DNA of 64,000 nt, taken from the NCBI GenBank assembly GCA_964609065.1, contig CAZSRB010000002.1:27084-91083 (forward strand), in the 5' to 3' direction. Position numbers and translations under genes: made by a program. Shown piece after piece: positions 9,167 to 18,567 of the stretch; the first letter of the stretch is position 1; every line of letters begins with the position of its first letter. This stretch comes from an uncultured Acidibacter sp. Its GTDB lineage: Bacteria; Pseudomonadota; Gammaproteobacteria; Steroidobacterales; Steroidobacteraceae. A model generated the notes under the pieces. The model worked only from the letters and a program-made list of their open reading frames with translations, was not told where the DNA came from and searched no databases.

Positions 9167-10522
9167 ATGACTGCAAAAACCCCCTCGAAGGCCCGTAAAA
9201 AGACCGCAAAATCCGCCCGCTCAACCGTCGGCTCAAGCGCCCGCCGTGGAGCCAAACCGACCGCTGCGCCGCGTAACGCCTTCTATGCCCAATCAGGTGG
9301 GGTGACCGCCGTGATCAATGCCTCAGCGGCAGGCGTCATCGAAACGGCAGCGAGATATCCGCGGGCGATTGGCAAAGTCTATGCGGGGCGTCACGGCATC
9401 GTTGGCGCGCTACATGAAGACCTGATCGACGTCTTCAAGGAAAGCAAAGCAACGATTGCCGGTCTACGCCACACCCCCTCTGGGGCTTTCGGTTCAGCCC
9501 GTTTCAAATTGAAGGGCCTTGAGCAAAATCGCGCCGAATACGAGCGACTCATCGAAGTCTTTGAAGCGCACAACATCGGCTATTTCTTTTATAACGGTGG
9601 CAATGACTCCATGGACACGGCGCACAAAGTCGCGCAGATGGGCGAGTCACTGGGCTACCCGATCACCTGTATTGGCGTCCCGAAAACCGTCGATAATGAT
9701 TTGCCCTACACGGACTGTTGCCCAGGCTTTGGTTCGGTCGCCAAATACGTCGCCGTATCGACGTTAGAAGCCTCACTCGATGTCGCCTCCATGGCCAAGA
9801 CATCGACCAAAGTATTTGTGATGGAAGTGATGGGTCGGCATGCCGGCTGGATCGCTGCCGCGGCGGGACTCGCGGGCCGCGGACGCGATGAGCCACCGCA
9901 TGTGATTCTGTTTCCGGAAATTGCTTTTGATCGCCAAGCGTTTCTCGAACGCGTCAAGCAAAGTGTGGATCGCTGTGGCTACTGCGTAGTCGTGGTTTCG
10001 GAAGGCACCCATGACGCTCAGGGACAATTTTTGGCCGATGCGGGGACACGCGATGCCTTTGGACACACGCAATTAGGCGGAGTCGCTCCCGTGGTGGCCA
10101 ATATGGTCCGCGAAGCCCATGGCTATAAGTTTCATTGGGCCGTCGCCGACTATCTCCAACGAGCCGCCCGCCATGTGGCCTCGAAGGTGGATGTGGATCA
10201 GGCCTACGCCATGGGTAAAGCGGCAGTGGAGTTGGCGATCAGCGGTCACAATGCCGTCATGCCCACGGTGGTGCGTAAATCAGATAAGCCCTACCGCTGG
10301 ACGGTGGGACAAGTACCGCTCTCGAAAGTCGCCAACGTCGAGAAGAAAGTGCCGCGCGATTTCATTACCGCCGATGGGTTCGGAATCACCGAAAAATGCC
10401 GTCGCTATTTGGCACCCTTGATCGCGGGCGAAGATCCGCCGCCCTACAAAAACGGCCTCCCCGTCTACGTGCGGCTCAAAGGCGTACCGGTCAAGAAGAA
10501 GTTGGGCCCCTTTAAGGCCTGA
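9167..10522 (+). CDS. pfp: Pyrophosphate-dependent 6-phosphofructokinase
   Basis: NAFYAQSGGVTAVINAS, GGNDS (Asp at the position that is Gly in ATP-PFKs), PKTVDNDL (Lys at the PPi-specific position) and MGRHAGW. It carries a roughly 35-aa Lys/Arg/Ala-rich N-terminal tail with no alternative in-frame start. Confidence 0.9.
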   Translation: MTAKTPSKARKKTAKSARSTVGSSARRGAKPTAAPRNAFYAQSGGVTAVINASAAGVIETAARYPRAIGKVYAGRHGIVGALHEDLIDVFKESKATIAGLRHTPSGAFGSARFKLKGLEQNRAEYERLIEVFEAHNIGYFFYNGGNDSMDTAHKVAQMGESLGYPITCIGVPKTVDNDLPYTDCCPGFGSVAKYVAVSTLEASLDVASMAKTSTKVFVMEVMGRHAGWIAAAAGLAGRGRDEPPHVILFPEIAFDRQAFLERVKQSVDRCGYCVVVVSEGTHDAQGQFLADAGTRDAFGHTQLGGVAPVVANMVREAHGYKFHWAVADYLQRAARHVASKVDVDQAYAMGKAAVELAISGHNAVMPTVVRKSDKPYRWTVGQVPLSKVANVEKKVPRDFITADGFGITEKCRRYLAPLIAGEDPPPYKNGLPVYVRLKGVPVKKKLGPFKA

Positions 10523-10528
10523 GCTCGT

Positions 10529-10563
10529 CCACAGAGCCTCCGCGAGGCCTGTGGTATATTTCC
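10529..10563 (+). terminator. Hairpin between pfp and hppA (possible partial terminator or attenuator)
   Basis: CCACAG-A-GCCTC CGC GAGGC-CTGTGG (10529-10554) followed by TATATTTCC. The U-tract is weak. Confidence 0.35.
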
Positions 10564-10641
10564 GCGCCGTTTCAGGCGGGCCGATAGGTCCGTTTGGGCG
10601 GCAGACACGCGCCCAAGGCGCTTACATTTTTCAGGGGGACA

Positions 10642-12681
10642 ATGCTGATGGATGCCAATCTCTGGCTGTGGACGGCCATTGCCGCAGGCGTGGTCGCGGT
10701 GCTTTACGGGATCGTTGCGGCGAACTCGATCAACAACCTGCCGGCGGGCAATGCGCGCATGCAGGAAATCGCGGCGGCCATTCAGGCGGGCGCTAAGGCC
10801 TACCTCAACCGTCAATACTCGACGATCGCAGTAGTGGGCGTCGTGCTCTTTGTGCTGATGGGCCTGGCACTCGATTGGGCCTCGGCTGGCGGCTTTGCCG
10901 TCGGCGCGTTGCTCTCCGGCCTCGCGGGATTCATCGGTATGAACGTCTCGGTGCGCGCGAACGTGCGCACCGCCCAAGCGGCGCATCAAGGCTTGAACGC
11001 TGCGTTGCAAGTCGCTTTCAAAGGCGGCGCGATCACGGGCATGTTGGTGGTCGGCCTCGGCCTACTCGGCGTGACCGCCTGGTACATGGCGATGCTGCCT
11101 GTTGTCGGCGAAGAAGACGCCCTGCGCTCGCTGGTGGGTCTCGCCTTCGGCGGCTCGCTCATCTCGATCTTTGCGCGTTTGGGCGGCGGCATCTTTACTA
11201 AAGGTGCGGACGTCGGCGCGGATCTCGTCGGTAAAGTGGAAGCCGGTATTCCTGAAGATGACCCCCGCAACCCCGCCGTGATCGCCGATAACGTCGGTGA
11301 CAACGTCGGTGACTGCGCGGGTATGGCTGCCGATCTCTTTGAGACCTATGCCGTGACGATCGTAGCCACCATGCTGCTCGGCGGACTGATGCTCAAAGAT
11401 CAGGGTGCTGCGGCGGTGATTTATCCGCTGGCATTGGGTGCAGCCTCGATCATTGCCTCGATCATCGGCACCTTCTTTGTGCGCACGACGGATGGCGGCA
11501 AGATCATGAACGCGCTCTACAAGGGCGTGATTGTTTCGGGTCTCATTTCGGCAGTGGCCTTCTGGTTCATCACCGAATCCTTGATGCCGGATAACGCGGT
11601 CGCGCTCTTTGGTTGCGCGGTCATTGGCTTGCTGTTGACGGCCGCCATGATTGTCATCACCGAGTACTACACCGCCACAGAATTCAGCCCCGTGCAAAAG
11701 GTCGCTGAAGCGTCACAGACGGGTCACGCGACCAACATCATCGCGGGCCTGGGCGTGTCGATGAAGTCCACCGCGCTGCCGGTGATTGCCGTCTGTATCG
11801 CCATCTGGGGCGCCTATACCCTCGGCGGTTTGTATGGCCTGGCAGTGGCGGCAACGGCCATGTTGTCGATGACGGGCATGATCGTCGCGCTCGACGCCTA
11901 CGGTCCGATCACGGATAACGCCGGTGGCATCGCCGAGATGTCCGGTCTCGACAGCAGCGTGCGTGACGTCACCGATCCGCTCGATGCGGTGGGTAACACG
12001 ACCAAGGCGGTCACCAAGGGCTATGCGATCGGCTCAGCGGGCCTTGCGGCTTTGGTGCTCTTTGCCGACTACACCCACAAGCTCGAAGATGCCGGCAAAC
12101 TGCAGGATTTCTCGCTATCGGATCCCGCAGTAATCATTGGTCTTTTCATTGGCGGCTTGGTGCCTTACCTCTTTGGCGCCATGGCGATGGAAGCGGTCGG
12201 TCGCGCCGCAGGCTCTGTCGTGACGGAAGTGCGTCGTCAGTTCCGTGAAATTCCGGGGATCATGGATGGCTCGGCGAAGCCCGACTACTCCAAGGCGGTC
12301 GACCTACTCACTCGCGCTGCCATCAAAGAAATGGTGGTACCGTCCTTGCTACCGATTCTGGTCCCAATCGTGATTGCCTTTGGCATGAACGCTTTGATGG
12401 GTCCGGGCGCAGGTATCCGGGCGCTTGGCGGTCTTCTCATCGGTACCATCGTGACGGGTCTCTTCGTCGCGATCTCGATGTGTACGGGCGGGGGCGCTTG
12501 GGATAACGCCAAGAAGTTCATCGAAGAAGGTCACTGTGGTGGCAAGGGCTCTGAAGCCCACAAGGCCGCGGTCACGGGTGACACGGTTGGCGATCCGTAC
12601 AAAGACACGGCGGGTCCAGCGATCAACCCGCTGATCAAAATCATCAATATCGTCGCGCTGTTGCTCGTTCCCTTACTCTGA
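10642..12681 (+). CDS. hppA: Membrane-bound proton-translocating inorganic pyrophosphatase
   Basis: H+-PPase signatures [20 protein letters not shown] and [19 protein letters not shown], with about 15 TM segments. Start set at ATG 10642, preceded by AGGGGGA. Confidence 0.95.
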   Translation: MLMDANLWLWTAIAAGVVAVLYGIVAANSINNLPAGNARMQEIAAAIQAGAKAYLNRQYSTIAVVGVVLFVLMGLALDWASAGGFAVGALLSGLAGFIGMNVSVRANVRTAQAAHQGLNAALQVAFKGGAITGMLVVGLGLLGVTAWYMAMLPVVGEEDALRSLVGLAFGGSLISIFARLGGGIFTKGADVGADLVGKVEAGIPEDDPRNPAVIADNVGDNVGDCAGMAADLFETYAVTIVATMLLGGLMLKDQGAAAVIYPLALGAASIIASIIGTFFVRTTDGGKIMNALYKGVIVSGLISAVAFWFITESLMPDNAVALFGCAVIGLLLTAAMIVITEYYTATEFSPVQKVAEASQTGHATNIIAGLGVSMKSTALPVIAVCIAIWGAYTLGGLYGLAVAATAMLSMTGMIVALDAYGPITDNAGGIAEMSGLDSSVRDVTDPLDAVGNTTKAVTKGYAIGSAGLAALVLFADYTHKLEDAGKLQDFSLSDPAVIIGLFIGGLVPYLFGAMAMEAVGRAAGSVVTEVRRQFREIPGIMDGSAKPDYSKAVDLLTRAAIKEMVVPSLLPILVPIVIAFGMNALMGPGAGIRALGGLLIGTIVTGLFVAISMCTGGGAWDNAKKFIEEGHCGGKGSEAHKAAVTGDTVGDPYKDTAGPAINPLIKIINIVALLLVPLL

Positions 12682-12721
12682 TCGAGCCAGATCGTCCGCG
12701 TCTAAACACGGCGGGCCAGGT

Positions 12722-13189
12722 CTAAAAAATACGACCTGGCTCGCCGATTCGGGTGCGATAGGCCCCAGGGGGCTCACGCGGCGCATCCACATCATTCGGC
12801 GGCCCCACCTCAGGGGCTTTAGGATCCGGCACCAATAACCGCCACGCCTCTGTGGGTTGTTGCGCAGCCCAGATTAGCCCTGCTATTCCGCCCGGTACGG
12901 CCCGATTCTCCGGAATATCGGGCGGTGGACGGCGCCGCGACTGCACCACAATTTCATCTAGCTCCGCAGTCCAAGGCTCATAAAGCTGTTCAGGCGGGAT
13001 AAATCGCCGTAGGTCACCCTTGCGCAAATCCAAGCGCGGTTTCGCCGTCGGCGTCGCAGTCGGCATCGTAGTCGGTGCCACAGGACTTGCATCCTGTGCG
13101 AGGGCCGATACATTGGCACCCCCCAGAATCCATGGAGTCACACACGTGAGCCAGATCTTGCACGCCGTCAGCCGTCGATTGCTGCTCAT
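12722..13189 (-). CDS. Hypothetical Pro-rich protein (possible secreted protein); reality and start unresolved
   Basis: This is the only long ORF in the otherwise empty 460-bp gap between hppA and the M16 gene. No motif was recognised. Candidate starts are ATG 13189 (weak signal-peptide-like N-terminus ending ALA-QD) or ATG 13066. Confidence 0.3.
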   Translation of the reverse strand: MSSNRRLTACKIWLTCVTPWILGGANVSALAQDASPVAPTTMPTATPTAKPRLDLRKGDLRRFIPPEQLYEPWTAELDEIVVQSRRRPPPDIPENRAVPGGIAGLIWAAQQPTEAWRLLVPDPKAPEVGPPNDVDAPREPPGAYRTRIGEPGRIF

Positions 13190-15920
13190 TGCTGTTTTCA
13201 CCTTAGCCCTCGCCGCCCACGCGGGCATCTCTCGAGCGGCAGAGGAGCATGCCATACCGCCAGGCATCCAGAAAATCACCTCTGTGGAGGGGATCACGGA
13301 ATACGAACTCGACAACGGTCTGAAGCTGCTGCTCTTTCCAGACCCCTCAAAATCGACTGTCACCGTCAATATCACTTACCTCGTCGGCTCACGACATGAA
13401 GGCTATGGCGAGAGTGGCATGGCGCATCTGCTTGAACATCTCGTCTTCAAGGGCACCCCGCGCTTTCCCAATATCCCGCAGGAGCTGACGGCTCGCGGTG
13501 CGCGCCCCAACGGTACGACTTGGTATGACCGCACCAATTATTTCGCGACCTTTACCGCAACCGATGACAACTTGCGATGGGCGCTCGATCTGGAAAGTGA
13601 CCGCATGGTCAACTCTTTCATCTCCGCGGAAGACTTGCAGAGTGAATTTTCGGTCGTCCGCAATGAATTTGAATCTGGCGAGAATGACCCGGGCGGAGTG
13701 CTACTCGAGCGAGTGATGTCAACGGCTTATCTTTGGCATAACTACGGCAAGTCGACCATCGGTTCGCGCGCGGATATCGAACGAGTGCCGATCGAGAACC
13801 TGCGGGCGTTTTATCAAAAGTATTATCAGCCCGATAATGCCGTACTCACCATTGCCGGACGCTTTGATCCTGCCAAGACCCTAAATTGGGTCAATGAATT
13901 TTTCGGTAAGTTGCCGCGTCCAGAACGAACCCTTCAGCAAACCTACACGATTGAACCCGTGCAGGATGGCGAGCGTCACGTCACGCTACGTCGTGTGGGC
14001 GATGTGCAAATCACGGCAGCGGGGTTTCATATACCGCCCGGTGGACATCCTGATTTTGCTGCCGTACAGGTGCTGGCTGATGTACTGACGAACGAGCCCT
14101 CCGGACGCCTTTACAAAGCGCTGGTAGAAGCGGGGCTTGCCAGTAGCGTCGGAAGTTTCGCTTTTAGCCTGAAAGACCCCGGCTATCTCTATATCGCCGC
14201 TGAAGTGCTCAAAGATAAGTCACTAGACGCTGCGACGAATAGTCTCTTGGCTGTCACTGATGGCTTTAAATCTGCGCCTGTCACAACAGAAGAAGTCGAC
14301 CGAGCGCGTAATCGATTTTTGAAATTCTTTGAGCAGACCTACAACAACAGCGATCGCGTCGGCCGTGGCTTGTCTGAATACATCGCCAAGGGCGATTGGC
14401 GACTCTGGTTTTACTATCGCGATCAATTAGAGAAAGTCACTGCGGAAGATGTCAATCGGGTGGCTTTGCAATACTTGAAACCCGCGAATCGCACCACGGG
14501 CGTCTTTTTGCCTGATGCCAACCCCGATCGCTCAGAGGTACCCCAAGCACCCGATCCCAAAGAATTACTTGTGGGCTATCAAGGTAAAGCCGTGATCGCC
14601 GCGGGTGAGGAATTCGACCCCTCACCGAGCAATATCTTGGCTCGTACTCGCTCAGAGACCCTACCCGGCGGTGCTCAGTTGAGCCTACTGTCGAAGACCA
14701 CTCGTGGTAATGAGGTTACTGCAACGCTGACCTTGCGACTCGGCAGCCTTGAGTCGCTGCAAGGTAAGGCGAGCATCGCGTCGTTCACAGCCGCGATGCT
14801 GCGCCGAGGTACCACCTCGCGCAGCCTGCAACAATTGAACGACGAGCTCGATCGTTTGAAATCCTCGGTCAGTATCGGCGGCTCGGGTCAAACCGTCAGC
14901 GTCAGCCTGCTTTCCACGCGCGATAACCTGCTACCCACCCTGGAGTTGGTGACAGACATGCTGCGTAACCCCGCCTTTCCTGAAGGCGAGTTTACGAAGC
15001 TACGCGACGAATGGCTGGCGTCGATTGAGCAGTCGCGTAGCGACCCGCGATCTTTGGCGATCCGCGAACTCTCGCAACGCTTGTCACCTTACCCCGAGGG
15101 AGATTTCCGTCGCACGCTCAGTTTTGACGACGAGAAAGCAGAGTTGATGGCTGTCACGCTGGCGGACCTCAAACAATTCCATGCGCAGTACTACGGCGCG
15201 ACGCACGCTACAACGGCCGTCGTGGGTGACTTTGAAGAAACCACCACCCGAGCGGCGCTCGGTGCCCTGCTAGCCAACTGGCAGGCGCCCGTGAAATTTG
15301 CGCGGGCGAGCGAGCGTTTCTTTGATGTGCCGGGCGTAGAAACGCAGATTCTGACCCCGGATAAGGCCAATGCCTTCATGGTGGCTCAACTCAATCTGCC
15401 TCTGCGGGATGATCATCCCGATTACCCCGCACTCGTGATCGCCAACTATATGCTGGGAGGCGGCTTCCTCAATTCGCGACTCGCTGTGCGAATCCGTCAG
15501 CAGGAAGGTATCAGCTATGGTGTCGGCTCCTTCCTCAATGCGAGTCCGCTCGATGAGGATGGCTCGTTTGGCGTGTTTGCGATTTATAACCCGGAAAACT
15601 CCGCCCGCTTGCTCGCCGCATTACGCGAGGAGCTTGCGAAGGTGATCGCGACGGGTTTTAGCGCCAATGAATTACGCGACGCACAAACAGGCTGGCTACA
15701 AGGGCGTAACCTCAGCCGATCCCAAGATCGAGAACTCATGGGACGATTGGCAAGTTACCTCTACCTGCAACGTACGCTCGAGTGGGATCAGGACTTTGAG
15801 CAGCGTGTCGCAGCACTGACTCCCGAAGAGATTCAGGCTGCGTTTGTACGCTGGATCAAACCGGAGTCACTCAGCATCATCGAAGCAGGCGATTTCGCCG
15901 CTGCGAGCGCGCAGCCTTGA
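13146..15920 (+). CDS. Two-module M16-family zinc metallopeptidase (PqqL-like), secreted
   Basis: Inverted zincin motif HLLEHLVFKGT, and a second inactive M16 half in the C-terminal part. Start proposed at GTG 13146 (GGAG 8 nt upstream), giving the signal peptide SRRLLLIAVFTLALAAHAGISRA. Confidence 0.85.
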   Translation: MSQILHAVSRRLLLIAVFTLALAAHAGISRAAEEHAIPPGIQKITSVEGITEYELDNGLKLLLFPDPSKSTVTVNITYLVGSRHEGYGESGMAHLLEHLVFKGTPRFPNIPQELTARGARPNGTTWYDRTNYFATFTATDDNLRWALDLESDRMVNSFISAEDLQSEFSVVRNEFESGENDPGGVLLERVMSTAYLWHNYGKSTIGSRADIERVPIENLRAFYQKYYQPDNAVLTIAGRFDPAKTLNWVNEFFGKLPRPERTLQQTYTIEPVQDGERHVTLRRVGDVQITAAGFHIPPGGHPDFAAVQVLADVLTNEPSGRLYKALVEAGLASSVGSFAFSLKDPGYLYIAAEVLKDKSLDAATNSLLAVTDGFKSAPVTTEEVDRARNRFLKFFEQTYNNSDRVGRGLSEYIAKGDWRLWFYYRDQLEKVTAEDVNRVALQYLKPANRTTGVFLPDANPDRSEVPQAPDPKELLVGYQGKAVIAAGEEFDPSPSNILARTRSETLPGGAQLSLLSKTTRGNEVTATLTLRLGSLESLQGKASIASFTAAMLRRGTTSRSLQQLNDELDRLKSSVSIGGSGQTVSVSLLSTRDNLLPTLELVTDMLRNPAFPEGEFTKLRDEWLASIEQSRSDPRSLAIRELSQRLSPYPEGDFRRTLSFDDEKAELMAVTLADLKQFHAQYYGATHATTAVVGDFEETTTRAALGALLANWQAPVKFARASERFFDVPGVETQILTPDKANAFMVAQLNLPLRDDHPDYPALVIANYMLGGGFLNSRLAVRIRQQEGISYGVGSFLNASPLDEDGSFGVFAIYNPENSARLLAALREELAKVIATGFSANELRDAQTGWLQGRNLSRSQDRELMGRLASYLYLQRTLEWDQDFEQRVAALTPEEIQAAFVRWIKPESLSIIEAGDFAAASAQP

Positions 15921-15935
15921 GTGCAAGCTCTTTAG

Positions 15936-15957
15936 CCATAACGGACCCATAACGGAC
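15936..15957. repeat. Tandem direct repeat 2 x CCATAACGGAC
   Basis: Exact 11-bp duplication in the M16/pcm-like intergenic region. A second direct pair ATAAGGC (15992-15998, 16001-16007) lies nearby. Confidence 0.6.
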
Positions 15958-16034
15958 GTCTGGTTTACTGCCAACCGTGTTTGGCGAGAAAATAAGGCTG
16001 ATAAGGCCTATTGGATGCGAGGAGTGATGACCGA

Positions 16035-16718
16035 ATGACCGAAGCCGCGACAACCCTGAGCATGGATCTGACGAGCGCCCGCGAGCAAATGATCCAACAG
16101 CAGCTGCGCACCTGGGAAGTGCTCGACAACGAGGTGTTGCAGGTCTTTGGCACACTGGATCGCGAACGCTTCGTCCCAGAGGCTTATCGGTCGCTCGCCT
16201 ACGCGGATTTGGCGATCCCGCTGGGGCAGGGGCACTACATGCTCGCGCCCAAGCTGGTGGGTAGAATCGTGCAAGCCGTCAAACCGGGCCCACGCGATCG
16301 CGTCCTCGAAATTGGTACTGGCAGCGGGTATCTCACAGCCGCGCTCGCACGCCTCGCCTGCAGTGTCCGTACGATTGAGATTCGCGCTGATCAAGCGAGT
16401 CAAGCGCAAGCTAGCCTGACAGCCTCAGGGGTACGGAATGCGGAAGTCGTCACGGGCGACGCCTACGCAGAGGGGTCACTCGGCGAGCGGCTCTATGACG
16501 TAGTGGTCGTCGGCGCTGCCCTCGCGGAGCGTGAGCCACGATTCGAGGCGAAGGTCGCGATCGGCGGACGGCTATTTGCGGTCATTGGGCAGGGGTCGAT
16601 CATGACGGCGATGTTGTATGAACACGTGAGCGCAGGTGAATGGCGACAGACCGAACTCTTTGAAACGGCTCTTGAGACACTCGTGGGCGCCCGACTCCCC
16701 TCACGCTTCAAATTTTGA
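16035..16718 (+). CDS. Protein-L-isoaspartate O-methyltransferase-family (Pcm-like) methyltransferase
   Basis: SAM-binding motif VLEIGTGSGYLTA and a Pcm-like N-terminal segment (RERFVPEAYRSLAYADLAIPLGQG). Start is ATG 16035 (GGAG 10 nt upstream) or ATG 16062. Confidence 0.8.
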   Translation: MTEAATTLSMDLTSAREQMIQQQLRTWEVLDNEVLQVFGTLDRERFVPEAYRSLAYADLAIPLGQGHYMLAPKLVGRIVQAVKPGPRDRVLEIGTGSGYLTAALARLACSVRTIEIRADQASQAQASLTASGVRNAEVVTGDAYAEGSLGERLYDVVVVGAALAEREPRFEAKVAIGGRLFAVIGQGSIMTAMLYEHVSAGEWRQTELFETALETLVGARLPSRFKF

Positions 16719-16737
16719 CGAATAGGGATCGAATACC

Positions 16738-17058
16738 ATGGTTATGGAACTCTCAGTTGAAGAACTCAAGGCCCGATTGGATGCAGGCGAGAAGCCGCTC
16801 GTGATCGATGTGCGCGAGCCCTGGGAAAGAGAGATATCTAAACTCGAGATCGCGCAAGCGATGCCGATGGCGAGCGTGCCGCAGCGGCTCAATGAATTGG
16901 ATCCTACGACTCCTATCATCGTGATGTGCCGCTCGGGTGGGCGCAGCTTACAAGTGGCCCACTTACTCGAGAGCCACGGTTTTCGGTCAGTCAGTAATTT
17001 GACTGGTGGAATTCTGGCTTGGGGTGAACGAATCGACCCCTCTTTGCGTCCATACTAA
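16738..17058 (+). CDS. Single-domain rhodanese (sulfurtransferase)
   Basis: Active-site loop CRSGGRS and the typical roughly 105-aa size. Confidence 0.88.
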   Translation: MVMELSVEELKARLDAGEKPLVIDVREPWEREISKLEIAQAMPMASVPQRLNELDPTTPIIVMCRSGGRSLQVAHLLESHGFRSVSNLTGGILAWGERIDPSLRPY

Positions 17059-17071
17059 GAACAAGGATTTC

Positions 17072-17113
17072 GTCTGGGTGGAGAAGTCACCCAGACATCT
17101 GTTATAGTGTTGT
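17072..17113 (+). terminator. Hairpin after the rhodanese gene (possible terminator or attenuator before tolC)
   Basis: 9-bp stem GTCTGGGTG (17072-17080)/CACCCAGAC (17088-17096) followed by ATCTGTTATAGTGTTGT. Confidence 0.4.
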
Positions 17114-17133
17114 AAAACACCACTGGAGTTATT

Positions 17134-18567
17134 ATGAAGCGCGTCTTGCTGTCGCTGGCAGTGCTGCTGAGCTCAAGCCACACCCTGGTCGCGGTCGCCG
17201 AGGATTCGGTCGACCTGATGGCGGTCTATCAACGAGCGCTCGCCAATGACCCGCAGATCCGCGAGGCCGATGCCCTGCGTCTCGCGGCCCGCGAGGCGCG
17301 CCCGCAAGCCTGGGCGGCGATCCTGCCGCAGATTTCGGCTTCGGCCAGCAAGACCGAATCGGATAGCACCTCCGAGGGGCAGTTCCCCCAAGAAATCGTG
17401 CAGAACGGACAAACCGTGGTGTTCAACTTTCTGTCTTCCAGCGATTCGAAGCCAGAGACCGAACGCTGGAGCGTGGATTTACGCCAGAGCGTTATCTCGT
17501 GGGACAAGTGGGTCGCGATTAAACGTGCCAGCCGCCAAGTCGCGCAAGCCGAGGCCGATTTCCAGGCCGCGGAACAACAACTCATCCTTCGAGTCGCCGA
17601 GGCGTACTTCAACGTTCTTGCAGCCCAAGATACCGTCGCATCCCAAAGCTCGGCTTTCGAAGCCATTTCGCGCCAGCTCGAGCAGGCCGAAAAGCGCTTT
17701 GAAGTCGGGTTGATTGCGATCACTGACGTTCAAGAGGCTCGAGCTGCCCGCGATAGCGCCGCAGCGTCCGTCATCGCCGCCAAGCGTCAGTTGGCGACAA
17801 CCGAAGAATTACTACGTGAAATCACCGCCGAAAAATTCACCCGCTTGGCGACGCCGAGTGATGCGATGCCGCTGAACTCGCCGGCGCCAGCGGATGAAGC
17901 GCAATGGGTCGATCGTTCTATGGAACAAAACCTCGCCCTGATCTCAAGCCGCCTCGCCGCCGAGATTGCGCGCGATAACGTGCGCGCGTCGTATTCGGGG
18001 CATCTGCCCTCGGTGGATTTGGTGGTCAGCAAAAGCGAAAGCGATCAGACCAGCCCCATCAACTTTGCCAGTGGCAACATTGGAACACGTACCAGTAACA
18101 CCGAAGATGAGAGCGTGACGCTACAGGTCAACGTACCGCTTTTCAGTGGCGGCGCAGCGCAATCGCGCGTGCGTCAAACACAGTATCAATGGCAGGCCGC
18201 ACGCGAGCGGCTCGCACGGGTCTCTCGGCAAACCGAGCGACTAGCTCGTGATGCTTACCTCGGCGTCCTCAGCGAAATCTCGCGCGTGACTGCCTTGCGA
18301 CAAGCCCTCGAATCCAGTCGGACCGCCCTACAGGCAACCGAAGCGGGCTATGAGGTGGGTACACGCACGGCGGTCGATGTGCTGGAGTCGCGTCGCAGCC
18401 TCGCGGTCGCAGAGACTAATTATGCGCGTAGTCGTTACGACTATATTTTGAACGTGCTGCGTCTGCGCTTGGCCTCTGGCACGCTGGATGCGGCCACACT
18501 CACAGAGGTTAACGGCTGGCTGCAGAAGATGGATGCGTCGGAGAGCGAGTCGAGCGCGGGCTCATAA
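17134..18567 (+). CDS. tolC: Outer-membrane channel TolC
   Basis: Signal peptide, then DLMAVYQRALANDPQIREA and the duplicated OEP repeat organisation. Confidence 0.9.
   Translation: MKRVLLSLAVLLSSSHTLVAVAEDSVDLMAVYQRALANDPQIREADALRLAAREARPQAWAAILPQISASASKTESDSTSEGQFPQEIVQNGQTVVFNFLSSSDSKPETERWSVDLRQSVISWDKWVAIKRASRQVAQAEADFQAAEQQLILRVAEAYFNVLAAQDTVASQSSAFEAISRQLEQAEKRFEVGLIAITDVQEARAARDSAAASVIAAKRQLATTEELLREITAEKFTRLATPSDAMPLNSPAPADEAQWVDRSMEQNLALISSRLAAEIARDNVRASYSGHLPSVDLVVSKSESDQTSPINFASGNIGTRTSNTEDESVTLQVNVPLFSGGAAQSRVRQTQYQWQAARERLARVSRQTERLARDAYLGVLSEISRVTALRQALESSRTALQATEAGYEVGTRTAVDVLESRRSLAVAETNYARSRYDYILNVLRLRLASGTLDAATLTEVNGWLQKMDASESESSAGS

Noticed and set aside
11062-11697. 211-aa antisense ORF within hppA. 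Similar antisense or alternate-frame ORFs occur in ahcY 1504-1962, tolC 17229-17723, the MFS gene 34462-35190, dsbD 47043-47576, accC 49696-50283 and purH 53884-54492.
   Set aside because: All are nested in confidently identified genes and have Arg/Gly/His-rich nonsense-like composition and no recognisable domains. They are typical GC-rich shadow ORFs.
13020-13145. TTG-initiated lipoprotein-like signal peptide (MRKSKRGFAVGVAVGIVVGATGLASC) as the M16 protease start
   Set aside because: It would place a second signal-peptide-like hydrophobic segment about 25 residues downstream of the lipobox Cys. GTG 13146 has a good SD and yields a single normal signal peptide. The lipobox may be a chance product of a low-complexity GC-rich stretch. 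It is kept as an open question in the findings.
12722-13375. Full 217-aa version of the minus-strand ORF
   Set aside because: The first 62 codons run antisense through the M16 signal-peptide region and look like non-coding translation. Only the shorter versions are considered plausible, and even those with low confidence.
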